A stretch of 64,000 bases of DNA, taken from NCBI GenBank assembly GCA_963816395.1, contig CAWFKQ010000009.1, positions 64,001-128,000 of the forward strand, read 5' to 3'. The position numbers and the translations under genes were made by a program. Below, piece after piece: positions 21,958-34,253 of the stretch; the first letter of the stretch is position 1, and the number at the start of each line of letters is the position of its first letter. The notes below the pieces were generated by a model, which did not search any database, was not told the DNA's origin, and was given only the letters and a program-made list of their open reading frames with translations. The stretch comes from an uncultured delta proteobacterium. GTDB taxonomy: Bacteria > Desulfobacterota > Desulfuromonadia > Desulfuromonadales > JACZKF01.

Positions 21958-21996
21958 TGGAATCGCTCCATTGCATTAGGAAGGCAAGCCCATCAC

Positions 21997-22024
21997 ATTG
22001 TATACAGTATACAGGCAAAGTCAA
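21997..22024 (-). promoter_or_regulatory. gntR promoter overlapped by a GTATACAGTATACA operator-like motif
   Basis: - strand TTGACT-N16-TACAAT; motif at 22000-22013. Confidence 0.7.
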
Positions 22025-22125
22025 GTTTTTTCTCCCCTAGGTCATCTCCGCAAGTACCTATATATCCTTGCCTTTTTCACGATTTCACAGCTATCATCCG
22101 GGTATTTGAGGCTTCCGGAGCCGGC

Positions 22126-23130
22126 ATGAATCCCCTTCGTCAACTGCGCTTTTCACTCCTCATCCTGGTCCTCGTCATCGCCATCGGGACGGCCGGATAC
22201 ACCGCCATTGAGGGTTGGTCGTTATTAGATTCCCTCTACATGACGGTCATCACCCTGTCCACGGTCGGCTTTCGGGAGGTGCATGACCTTTCCCCGATAG
22301 GCAAGGTCTTCACCATCGTGATCATCATCTTCGGGGCCGGAATCATTGCCTACACCATCGGCAGCCTGGTGCAGTTCATGCTCGAAGGGCAGTTGCAGGA
22401 AATTCTGGGGAGAAAAAAAGTGGAAAAGCAGATCGACAAGCTTAAGGACCATTTCATCGTCTGCGGTTATGGACGGATCGGCGCTCTCATCAGCAGGGAG
22501 TTTCTCGCCCGGCCCCTTCCTTTCGTCGTCGTGGAGAAGGATTCGGCCCTTTGCGACAGGCTGGCAAACGACAATATTCTCTATGTGCAGGGAGACGCCA
22601 CCGATGATGAGACGCTGATCGCAGCCGGCATCCGGCGGGCTAAGGGGCTGATCACCGCGGTCACCTCCGATACCGAGAACGTTTACATCACCCTCACCGC
22701 CCGCGGTCTGAATCCGGACCTGTTCATTCTCGCCCGCGCCGGCGAGGAAGGCTCGGAGAAGAAGCTGCGGCGGGCTGGCGCTTCCAAGGTCATTAGCCCG
22801 TACGTCATCGGCGCTACACGCATGGCGCAGGCGGTGTTGCGCCCTTCGGTCGTTGACTTCATCGAAATCGCCACGGCCGGCCAGAACCTGGAGTTGCAAC
22901 TGGAAGAGATCCGGGTCGCCGAGACCTCCCGCCTGGTTGCCAACACTCTGGTCTCTTCCGGCATCCGCCGGGACTGGGGGATCATCATCGTCGGAATCAA
23001 GAAGGGGGATGGGCAGATGCTGTTCAATCCGGCGCCGACGACGGTCATCGAGGCCGGGGACCTTCTCATTACCCTCGGCGAGCAGGCGGCCATCCAAAAC
23101 CTGGAGCGGATCGCCACCCAGGCGGCATGA
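22126..23130 (+). CDS. Two-TM potassium channel with RCK domains (MthK/Kch-like)
   Basis: Pore motif TLSTVGF, VCGYGRIG, GDAT, TrkA_C tail. Confidence 0.9.
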   Translation: MNPLRQLRFSLLILVLVIAIGTAGYTAIEGWSLLDSLYMTVITLSTVGFREVHDLSPIGKVFTIVIIIFGAGIIAYTIGSLVQFMLEGQLQEILGRKKVEKQIDKLKDHFIVCGYGRIGALISREFLARPLPFVVVEKDSALCDRLANDNILYVQGDATDDETLIAAGIRRAKGLITAVTSDTENVYITLTARGLNPDLFILARAGEEGSEKKLRRAGASKVISPYVIGATRMAQAVLRPSVVDFIEIATAGQNLELQLEEIRVAETSRLVANTLVSSGIRRDWGIIIVGIKKGDGQMLFNPAPTTVIEAGDLLITLGEQAAIQNLERIATQAA

Positions 23131-23141
23131 CCGACTGAGCT

Positions 23142-24344
23142 TCAGAATCGCGGTTTCCTCTCCAGATCGACCTCCTGCCTGTCTGGGAGCAACGAACCGC
23201 GGCGAACCCCTTTACCGCCGAAGCGCTCATAGAGTCGGTCCACGGCGCGGTCCAGGGCCTCCAAACGATGCCGCTCCCCCACACCGAATAGATCCTGTTG
23301 CCCTTCCTCCAGCGGCTCGAGTTGCGACAGACTTAAACCGAGCAGGCGCACCGACCGGCATCCGGCTTCGGTACGCCCCAGTAATTCTTCCGCCTTGCGG
23401 AAGATTGTCATGGCGTGATCGGTACCGTCCGCCAGGGTCAGACTGCGGCTGACGGTGACGAAGTCGGGGTAGCGTACCTTCAGGGTAAGGCACCGGCCCG
23501 TATGCCCACTGGCGCGCAGACGCCTCGCTACTCGCTCCGCCAGGTCGAGCAGTTGCCGGCGTAGCTCTTCGCCATCACGCAGGTCCCTGGCAAAGGTTTC
23601 CTCATGCCCGATGGATTTGACCGAATCGACCGAGGACACAGGCCGCTCATCTTCCCCACGGGACAGGCGATACAGCTGATCCCCGGTGCTGCCGAAGCGG
23701 CGCACCAGCGTTTCCCGCTCCATCTGCCGCAGATCCGCCACCGTCCGCAGACCCAACTTTTCCAGGCGGGCGGCCATCACTCGTCCGACCCCCCACAGGC
23801 GGGACAACGGCAAAGGGAGGAGGAAATCGTCCAGCCTCTCGGCAGTCACTTCCACCAGGCCATCCGGCTTACCCGCCTCGGAGGCAAGTTTGGCCAGGAA
23901 TTTATTCGGCGCGACCCCGGCGCTTACTGTCAATGCGGTCTCGGCACGCACTTCCCGCCGGATTTTTCCGGCAATGGCGGACCCATCGCCGAACAGTCGC
24001 TGGCTGCCGGTAACATCTAGAAAGGCCTCGTCGATGGAGAGAGGTTCGAGAAGATCGGTGTAACGGGCAAAGATGGCAAAAACCTGGCGTGAAAGCTCCC
24101 GGTAGCGGGCCATGCGCACCGGCAGCACCACCGCCTGGGGGCAGAGACGCACCGCCCGCGCCATCGACATGGCCGAATGAACACCGAAGGTGCGGGCCTC
24201 GTAAGAGCAGGCGCTGACGACACCTCGCTCCATGGCGCCCCCGACGATCACCGGCCGGCCCAGCAGCTCAGGACGGTCCCGCTGTTCGACGGAGGCGTAA
24301 AAAGCGTCCAGGTCAAGATGCAGTATTACCCGTGATTTCACCAT
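23142..24344 (-). CDS. dinB: DNA polymerase IV (Y family)
   Basis: HLDLDAFYASVE, CSYEAR, SIDEAFLD, KFLAKLAS..KPDG. Confidence 0.96.
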   Translation of the reverse strand: MVKSRVILHLDLDAFYASVEQRDRPELLGRPVIVGGAMERGVVSACSYEARTFGVHSAMSMARAVRLCPQAVVLPVRMARYRELSRQVFAIFARYTDLLEPLSIDEAFLDVTGSQRLFGDGSAIAGKIRREVRAETALTVSAGVAPNKFLAKLASEAGKPDGLVEVTAERLDDFLLPLPLSRLWGVGRVMAARLEKLGLRTVADLRQMERETLVRRFGSTGDQLYRLSRGEDERPVSSVDSVKSIGHEETFARDLRDGEELRRQLLDLAERVARRLRASGHTGRCLTLKVRYPDFVTVSRSLTLADGTDHAMTIFRKAEELLGRTEAGCRSVRLLGLSLSQLEPLEEGQQDLFGVGERHRLEALDRAVDRLYERFGGKGVRRGSLLPDRQEVDLERKPRF

Positions 24345-24373
24345 TTATGTTTCCCCGCTGCACCCCTAACCGC

Positions 24374-24415
24374 TTGACCTTTCCCTGGGCTTATGTTAAA
24401 AATGGTCATACCAAT
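24374..24415 (+). promoter_or_regulatory. Promoter and FadR-subfamily operator-like palindrome upstream of the regulator
   Basis: TTGACC-N17-TAAAAA(T), immediately followed by TGGTCATACCA (24403-24413). Confidence 0.65.
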
Positions 24416-24435
24416 ACCCCACCTGGAGCAATGGC

Positions 24436-25161
24436 GTGACCAATATGTTCAAACCGATCCGTCCAAAGAAAATTTCCGAAGAAATCGTCGATCAGATCCG
24501 AGCTCTTATCTCCCAAGGGCAGCTGAAACCCGGGGAGCGCGTTCCTTCCGAGCGGGACCTGGCCGCTTTTCTCGGTGTCAGTCGCCCCTCGGTGCGCGAG
24601 GCCATCATGGTTCTGGAGGCGATGGGTCTGGTCGAATCGCGACAGGGAGGAGGTACCTTTGTCCGCTCCCTCACCGAGACGTCTTTGGCCGATCCCCTGA
24701 CCAGTATGGTGGAGAAGGATCCACGCCTGCTGCATGCCTTGGTCGAGGTGCGCATGGGCCTGGAGAGCTGGTCCGCCTATCTGGCCGCCAGCCGCGCCAC
24801 CGACGAGGAAATCGCCCGCATGCGCGAGCTTTACCAGGAGATGGAGCGCCAGGCAGGGAAGGGGGGGTGGGACGCCGATGTCGATGCCAGCTTCCATTAT
24901 GCCATTACTGCCGCCACCCATAATACCCTGCAGTTGCATGTGCTCAATACGATTCATTCCCTCTTCCACGCCACTATCCAGGTGGCGCTGATGGAATTCT
25001 ATCGCAAGGAGGGGTATGTTGATAAGCTGCGCCAGCAGCACCGAGCCATCCTGGAGGGAATAGCCGCGCGCGACCCGGAGGGAAGCCGCCAGGCGATGCT
25101 CGATCACCTGACCATGGTGGAAGAAAAAATGGCCCAGATCCTTCAGGAACGGGGCCACTGA
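24436..25161 (+). CDS. FadR-subfamily GntR regulator (LldR/PdhR/LutR-like)
   Basis: LKPGERVPSERDLA..LGVSRPSVREA, RQGGGTFV, FCD residues DASFH and QHRAI. Confidence 0.92.
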   Translation: MTNMFKPIRPKKISEEIVDQIRALISQGQLKPGERVPSERDLAAFLGVSRPSVREAIMVLEAMGLVESRQGGGTFVRSLTETSLADPLTSMVEKDPRLLHALVEVRMGLESWSAYLAASRATDEEIARMRELYQEMERQAGKGGWDADVDASFHYAITAATHNTLQLHVLNTIHSLFHATIQVALMEFYRKEGYVDKLRQQHRAILEGIAARDPEGSRQAMLDHLTMVEEKMAQILQERGH

Positions 25162-25188
25162 ACCATCGCGGCACTTTAAATTTTCGAT

Positions 25189-25230
25189 AAAAAGGAAAAG
25201 GCGATCCAACAGGATCGCCTTTTTCTTCTT
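25189..25230. terminator. Bidirectional terminator between the regulator and atpC
   Basis: AAAAGGCGATCC-AACA-GGATCGCCTTTT. Confidence 0.8.
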
Positions 25231-25240
25231 CCATTTCCGT

Positions 25241-25657
25241 TCAGCGGGAGCTTCGCCGGGACGCCACCTGAATACGGATAAGGGCCCGTTCCAGGGCCGC
25301 CTGCATAGTAAGAAAATCCTTATCCTCGGGGGCAAGGCTTTTCAGGGCTTCTTCTGCCCGGCCCAAGGCCGCCCTGGCGCGCTCCAGATCGATTTCATCG
25401 GCCGGTTCGGCGGTTTCCACCAGGACAGTGACGGTATCGTTCTCTACTTCGACGTAGCCCCAGTTAACAGCTACATGGAAAGATTCACCCCCAGAGCGGT
25501 AGCTGAGCTCGCCGATCCGCAGGGTGGTCAGCATCGCCGTATGCCCCGGAAGAACCCCGAATTCACCGATATTGCCGGGAGCGGTCACCTCATCGACCTC
25601 CTCCGAGAGGACGTGCTTGTACGGGGTGACCATTTCCAGTCTGAGCTTCTCTGCCAT
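25241..25657 (-). CDS. atpC: ATP synthase F1 epsilon subunit
   Basis: LEMVTP, GEFGVLPGH, EIDLERA. Confidence 0.96.
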   Translation of the reverse strand: MAEKLRLEMVTPYKHVLSEEVDEVTAPGNIGEFGVLPGHTAMLTTLRIGELSYRSGGESFHVAVNWGYVEVENDTVTVLVETAEPADEIDLERARAALGRAEEALKSLAPEDKDFLTMQAALERALIRIQVASRRSSR

Positions 25658-25672
25658 AGATTGCCATCCTTC

Positions 25673-25728
25673 GTAGGGGCGGACCCCTGCGCCGCCCATT
25701 GCAGGCACACACGCGGGTGTGCCCCGAG
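25673..25728. repeat. GTAG-type REP-like doublet in the atpD-atpC spacer
   Basis: GTAGGGGCGGACCCCTGCGCCGCCC-ATTGCA-GGCACACACGCGGGTGTGCCCCGAG. Confidence 0.65.
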
Positions 25729-25733
25729 GCGCA

Positions 25734-28066
<2,333 letters not shown>

Positions 28067-28093
28067 CTGTCCCAACCTTTATTCGCATGTGGC

Positions 28094-29611
<1,518 letters not shown>

Positions 29612-30148
29612 TCACCCCTTTTTTAATGTATCTTCAATCCGTCTCAACTGTGTTTTCAGGCTGCCGTCGAACAGCCGGCCACCAATCGCCACCTGTAGAC
29701 CACCAATAAGAGCCGGGTCGACCTCGGCGTTCAGCTCCACCTTTTTCCCGGTCTGCTTTTCCAGGGCGGCGCGGATCGACTTTTTCTCGGCTGGAGCGAG
29801 TTCGCAGGCGGCGGTTACTTTCGCCCGCAGGGTGCCGGAGAGCTCATCGGCAAATTCCCGGTAATCGGTCTCAATCTGCGGCAGGAAGGACAGGCGGTCC
29901 TTTTGTAACAGCAGTCCGAGGAAATTCCGCATGCCTTCTGAAAGGTCGAGCGCTCCTGCCAAATCGATCAGCATCGCTCTTTTTTTCTGCGGCGAAAAGG
30001 AGGGACTCTCCATCAGCAGACGCAACGGGGTCTGGCTGGCGAAGGCGGCATTTACCTTCCCGAGTTCCTCTCCGAACCGTTCCACCGTCTTCCGCTCGGC
30101 CCCCAAGTTGACCAGGGCCCGGGCATACCTCTTGGATATGGCGCTCAA
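29612..30148 (-). CDS. atpH: ATP synthase delta subunit
   Basis: RYARAL, VDPALIGG, DGSLKTQL. Confidence 0.95.
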   Translation of the reverse strand: MSAISKRYARALVNLGAERKTVERFGEELGKVNAAFASQTPLRLLMESPSFSPQKKRAMLIDLAGALDLSEGMRNFLGLLLQKDRLSFLPQIETDYREFADELSGTLRAKVTAACELAPAEKKSIRAALEKQTGKKVELNAEVDPALIGGLQVAIGGRLFDGSLKTQLRRIEDTLKKG

Positions 30149-30756
30149 TGTAATTCTCCCACCTTCTGCATATACTCACTGGTCAACCGGGCCTGATCCT
30201 GGGCCGTGATTTTTTGCTTTAAAAGATCCTCGGCGATCTGCACGGCCACCCGCGCGGCCTCGCGGCGCAGTTCAACTCGAGCCTTGACCACCTCGTTGGC
30301 TGCTGTCCGCTCGGCATCCTGACGGATTTTCTCAGCCGTCTCCTTGGCGCTGGCCAGGATCCTCTCCCGTTCCAATTCTCCTTCGCGGCGAATTTCGCTG
30401 TAGATCTGCTCGATCTCGGCCGCCGCCTGCGCCAACTTCTGGTCGTATTCGGCAAATTTGGTTTCGGCCGCTGCCCGCGTACTCTGCGCCTGAAGCAGGG
30501 ACTTCTCAATCCCCTCCCGACGGTTCCCCAGGCCGCGGCGGATCGGCTTGGTTAAGAAATAAGCGAGCAGGCCGAAAGTCACGGTGAAATTGAAGACCCG
30601 GTAGAGGAAATCTTTCAGCAGTACTCCGCTTTCCGGATGGTGCCCGCCTTCGCCGCCTGCGGCGAAAACAATCCCGGCCAGACCAAGTGAAAAAAAGATA
30701 GTGGCGATGGCAACCGTCCGTCGACCGGACACGAGACGACAGGAAAACCTCTTCAT
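30145..30756 (-). CDS. atpF: ATP synthase F0 b subunit
   Basis: TM segment followed by a long Ala/Glu coiled coil; position in the operon. Confidence 0.9.
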   Translation of the reverse strand: MKRFSCRLVSGRRTVAIATIFFSLGLAGIVFAAGGEGGHHPESGVLLKDFLYRVFNFTVTFGLLAYFLTKPIRRGLGNRREGIEKSLLQAQSTRAAAETKFAEYDQKLAQAAAEIEQIYSEIRREGELERERILASAKETAEKIRQDAERTAANEVVKARVELRREAARVAVQIAEDLLKQKITAQDQARLTSEYMQKVGELH

Positions 30757-31178
30757 ATGCTTCTCCCCAGCACCTTGCCGGCGATCTGGCCGGCCAGGGT
30801 TTCCGTCTGGCCTTTCAAAGCCAGGCGGGCGGACTCCGTTTCCTCAGCCACCTGACTACGGATGGCCTGGATCTGACCGGCCGCCCGGTTGCGGGTTTCG
30901 CCCAACAGGCGGCCTTCTTCCTCAACAGCCTTCTGGCGCAACTGCATCCTTTCCTGATGGCCCTTTAACTTCGCTTCCTGCAGCTGCTGCTGGTAGCTGG
31001 CCATCTTCTGATTAACCTGCTCTTCCAGGTCCCGAGCTTTCTGGTAGGAGCCTTCCATTGTCTGCTGCCGCTCCTGGAGTATCCGGCGGAAGGGGCGGTA
31101 GAGAAGGAAGTTCAGAATCAGCAGCAGGATCAGGAAATTGGCAAATTGCAGAAAAATCGTCCAGTTCAGCTCTATCAC
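30753..31178 (-). CDS. ATP synthase F0 b' subunit
   Basis: LNWTIFLQFANFLILLLILNFLLYRP then a coiled coil; first gene of the operon. Confidence 0.9.
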   Translation of the reverse strand: MIELNWTIFLQFANFLILLLILNFLLYRPFRRILQERQQTMEGSYQKARDLEEQVNQKMASYQQQLQEAKLKGHQERMQLRQKAVEEEGRLLGETRNRAAGQIQAIRSQVAEETESARLALKGQTETLAGQIAGKVLGRSI

Positions 31179-31230
31179 GACTTAATACCTCGTTAGATCC
31201 TAATTTGATTTCGGCAGAAGGGCCGGGTTG

Positions 31231-31244
31231 GTATACAGTATACA
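31231..31244. promoter_or_regulatory. GTATACAGTATACA operator-like motif upstream of the atp operon
   Basis: Exact 14-bp match to the gntR promoter motif, 53 nt upstream of the b' start. Confidence 0.7.
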
Positions 31245-31385
31245 AAGCAGCAAAAGATTAAAAAAGCCCCGAACCGGAGGGCAAAGCAGGGGATTGGTAT
31301 CATATGACCCGAATATTGTCAAGGTCATTGTTTCCGTTTTGGCCATGGGGCCAATCCCGATACCTTTTCCGTAGATTAATAAACA

Positions 31386-31787
31386 TTACTTCCGGTTAAA
31401 CAGAACCGCCTTTTTGTCCCCTTCGGCCACCATCTGCGCCCCCTCTTTCTTCATTGCCAGAGTGCTGTTGAGGAGGACGCCTTCTTCGACGACCAGAATC
31501 GGGGTCTCGATAGCTCCCTCGACCACGGCCGGTGCCCGCAGCTCGACCCGTACAGTGGCCTTGATGTTGCCTTTGAAGCGCCCGCTCAGAATCAGGGTTC
31601 CGACGTTCACTTCCGCCTGCAGATCGGCCGTCTTGCCAACGATCAGGGTATCGCGGGAAGTTACCTCTCCGCGGAACGTGCCGTCCAGGCGTACTATCTC
31701 GTCAAACAGCAGTTTTCCCTCAAATTGACTTCCCGGGCCGAGAAAGGCCTTGATTTCACTCTTTTCGATCGGCGTTTCCTTTTTCAT
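31386..31787 (-). CDS. Bactofilin (polymer-forming cytoskeletal protein, CcmA family)
   Basis: FLGPGSQFEGKL..VRLDGTFRGEV..LIVG..G.FKGNI..VEGAI..LVVEEG. Confidence 0.92.
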   Translation of the reverse strand: MKKETPIEKSEIKAFLGPGSQFEGKLLFDEIVRLDGTFRGEVTSRDTLIVGKTADLQAEVNVGTLILSGRFKGNIKATVRVELRAPAVVEGAIETPILVVEEGVLLNSTLAMKKEGAQMVAEGDKKAVLFNRK

Positions 31788-31835
31788 GTCGTTTTTCCCT
31801 TCCTGCCGAACATGGATTCAAACCGCATCACCTGA

Positions 31836-32690
31836 TCAATTCCCGGAAATCCCCAACACTGCCAGGAGGCGGTCCAGATCCTGGGCTGAATAGTAGGAGA
31901 TCTCGATTTTCCCCCCTTTACCCCGGGGCTGGATTTTTACCTGGGTGCCAAGTGCCCTTTTCAGTTCTCCGGCCAAGTGGACCATTTCCGCGTCTATTTC
32001 CTTCGGTCCCTTCGGCTTGGTGATTCCGAAGCTGCGGATCTTCTTCACCAGGGCTTCCGTCTCCCGGACCGACAGATGCTTGTTCAGAACCTGATGCCGT
32101 GCTTCCAGAATATCTTCTTCGTGCTCCAGGGAGAGTAAAGACCGGGCATGTCCCATGGAAAGCCGGGCGCATATCACATCCTCGCGCACTTTATCCGGCA
32201 GACGCAGCAGGCGTAAAGAATTGGCGACTGTCGAGCGGTCTTTGCCTACTCGCCTCCCCACTTCCTCCTGGGAAAGATCGAACCCATCCATCAGATTGCG
32301 ATAGGCTTCGGCTTCCTCGATGGGGTTGAGGTCTTCGCGCTGGATATTCTCGATCAGGGCCATTTCCAGGGCCCAGTCTTCGGAGACATCCTGAATGACC
32401 ACCGGCACCTCGCGCAGCCCGGCCTTCTGGGCCGCCCGCCAGCGCCGCTCGCCGGCGATGATCTGGTAGTGGTCCTCATGCAGACGTACCACCAGCGGCT
32501 GAATGATTCCCTTTTCCCGGATGGAGGCAGCCAGTTCGGCCATCTTCTCGTCATTGAAGGTCTTCCGCGGTTGACGACTGTGCGGACGCAAATCCTCGAT
32601 GGGGCAAAGGAAATATTGCCGTCCACCCTCCTGTGTGGCTGAGTTCAGCAGGGCACCTATGCCCTTGCCGAGAGCGGGTCTTTTCACCAT
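31836..32690 (-). CDS. parB: Chromosome partitioning protein ParB (Spo0J)
   Basis: ALGKGIGALL, QPRK.F, IAGERRWRAA, ENIQREDL, HTH. Confidence 0.97.
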   Translation of the reverse strand: MVKRPALGKGIGALLNSATQEGGRQYFLCPIEDLRPHSRQPRKTFNDEKMAELAASIREKGIIQPLVVRLHEDHYQIIAGERRWRAAQKAGLREVPVVIQDVSEDWALEMALIENIQREDLNPIEEAEAYRNLMDGFDLSQEEVGRRVGKDRSTVANSLRLLRLPDKVREDVICARLSMGHARSLLSLEHEEDILEARHQVLNKHLSVRETEALVKKIRSFGITKPKGPKEIDAEMVHLAGELKRALGTQVKIQPRGKGGKIEISYYSAQDLDRLLAVLGISGN

Positions 32691-32691
32691 A

Positions 32692-33456
32692 TCAATTTCC
32701 TGCTTCGATTATTTCTTTTGCCAATTCAAGATAGGAAACCGCTCCCCGAGAGGCAATATCGTACAGGAGTACCGGTAGGCCATGGCTCGGGGCCTCGGAG
32801 AGACGGACATTGCGGGGGATGATCGTCTGGAAAACCTGACCGGAGAAATGTTTCCGGATTTCCTCGCTGACCTGATGGGAGAGGTTGTTGCGGGCATCGA
32901 ACATGGTAAGGACGATGCCGCGGATGCCCAGAAGCGGGTTGAGCTCCTTCTGGATCAGGCGGATCGTCTTCAACAGTTGGCTCAAACCCTCCATGGCGTA
33001 GTACTCACACTGCAGGGGAATCAGCACCGCGTCGGCGGCGGTCAGTGCATTGACTGTGAGGAGTCCGAGGGAGGGGGGGCAATCAATAATGATGAAATCA
33101 TAATCTTCACGGATCTCAGTGAGGACTCCCTGCAGTTTCTTTTCCCGAGCCAGTGCTGAGACCAGCTCAATTTCGGCGCCGATGAGGTCGGTATTGGCGG
33201 GAAGGATATCGAGATGCTGAAGGGTTGAACGGATCAGGATATCCCGGGCCGTAGCCTCGCCGAGCAGGGCATGATAGATGGTACGATTATGCCCTCCCTT
33301 ATCGACCCCCAGACCGCTGCAAGCATTGGCCTGCGGATCCATATCCACCAGCAGGGTCCGTTTTTCGGCGGCAGCCAGGGAAGCTGAGAGATTTACGGCG
33401 GTAGTCGTTTTTCCTACCCCGCCTTTTTGATTGGCGATGGCGAAGATCCGGCCCAT
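32692..33456 (-). CDS. parA: Chromosome partitioning ATPase ParA (Soj)
   Basis: NQKGGVGKTT, DMDPQAN, DCPPSLG, RNVRLSEAPS. Confidence 0.97.
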   Translation of the reverse strand: MGRIFAIANQKGGVGKTTTAVNLSASLAAAEKRTLLVDMDPQANACSGLGVDKGGHNRTIYHALLGEATARDILIRSTLQHLDILPANTDLIGAEIELVSALAREKKLQGVLTEIREDYDFIIIDCPPSLGLLTVNALTAADAVLIPLQCEYYAMEGLSQLLKTIRLIQKELNPLLGIRGIVLTMFDARNNLSHQVSEEIRKHFSGQVFQTIIPRNVRLSEAPSHGLPVLLYDIASRGAVSYLELAKEIIEAGN

Positions 33457-33550
33457 TATTATGCGACTCCTTCAGAGCGGGAAGATTAACATACCCGGGC
33501 TGCCCTGGAAAGAAAAAAGAGCCTGCAACTATTCATTCTCACGCCCATTC

Positions 33551-34252
33551 TCACATCCTGTGGCCGTCCATCAGCGCCCCCCCAGATCCTGTGTTTCGTT
33601 TGATTTGCCGCAGGACTATCAAGGTGCGCTGGGCTGCCGAAAGCGGCAGCCACAGGCGTCGCACTTCAGTACAGGCCCAGCCTGTACCATGCAATTCCTG
33701 GAGGGACGCTTTCAGCTCCACGTCCCCTTCGGCGCCTTTCATTGCTATAAGAAAGCCGCCAGGGGCGAGGCAGGGATGGGCTAAGGCGGCAAAAGTGGAG
33801 ATGGAGGTGAAGGCCCTGGAGACGATGACTTCAAAACCGCCAGCCGCTGCCGGGTGCCGAGGGAGATCTTCCGCCCGCACCGCCAGGGCGGTAAATTCTT
33901 TCATCTCCAACTGGCGGGCGACGTGACGTTGAAAGGAAATCTTTTTCCCCGCAGCGTCGACCGATACCACTCGCAGTCCGGGGCGAGCCAATTTCAAGGG
34001 GATGCCAGGGAAACCTCCCCCGGAGCCCAGATCGAGGAGGCGTTCGTCCCCTTCTAGGAGAGGAAGGACGGTCAGTGAATCAACGAGGTGTTTCTCCAAA
34101 GCCTCGGTCGGATCGGTTATTGCCGTCAGATTGATGCGCCGATTCCAGCGCTCAAGTTCATCAATAAACCGTAATTGGGCTGGAAGCGTCTGCGGCGGCA
34201 CCGAAAGGCCCATGCCGGCCAGGAGCTCGGCCAGCAAAGCCAGACGCTCCAC
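33551..34252 (-). CDS. rsmG: 16S rRNA m7G527 methyltransferase
   Basis: WN..INLTAI, HLVDS, DLGSGGGFPG, SRAF, MKG. Confidence 0.95.
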   Translation of the reverse strand: MERLALLAELLAGMGLSVPPQTLPAQLRFIDELERWNRRINLTAITDPTEALEKHLVDSLTVLPLLEGDERLLDLGSGGGFPGIPLKLARPGLRVVSVDAAGKKISFQRHVARQLEMKEFTALAVRAEDLPRHPAAAGGFEVIVSRAFTSISTFAALAHPCLAPGGFLIAMKGAEGDVELKASLQELHGTGWACTEVRRLWLPLSAAQRTLIVLRQIKRNTGSGGALMDGHRM

Positions 34253-34253
34253 C

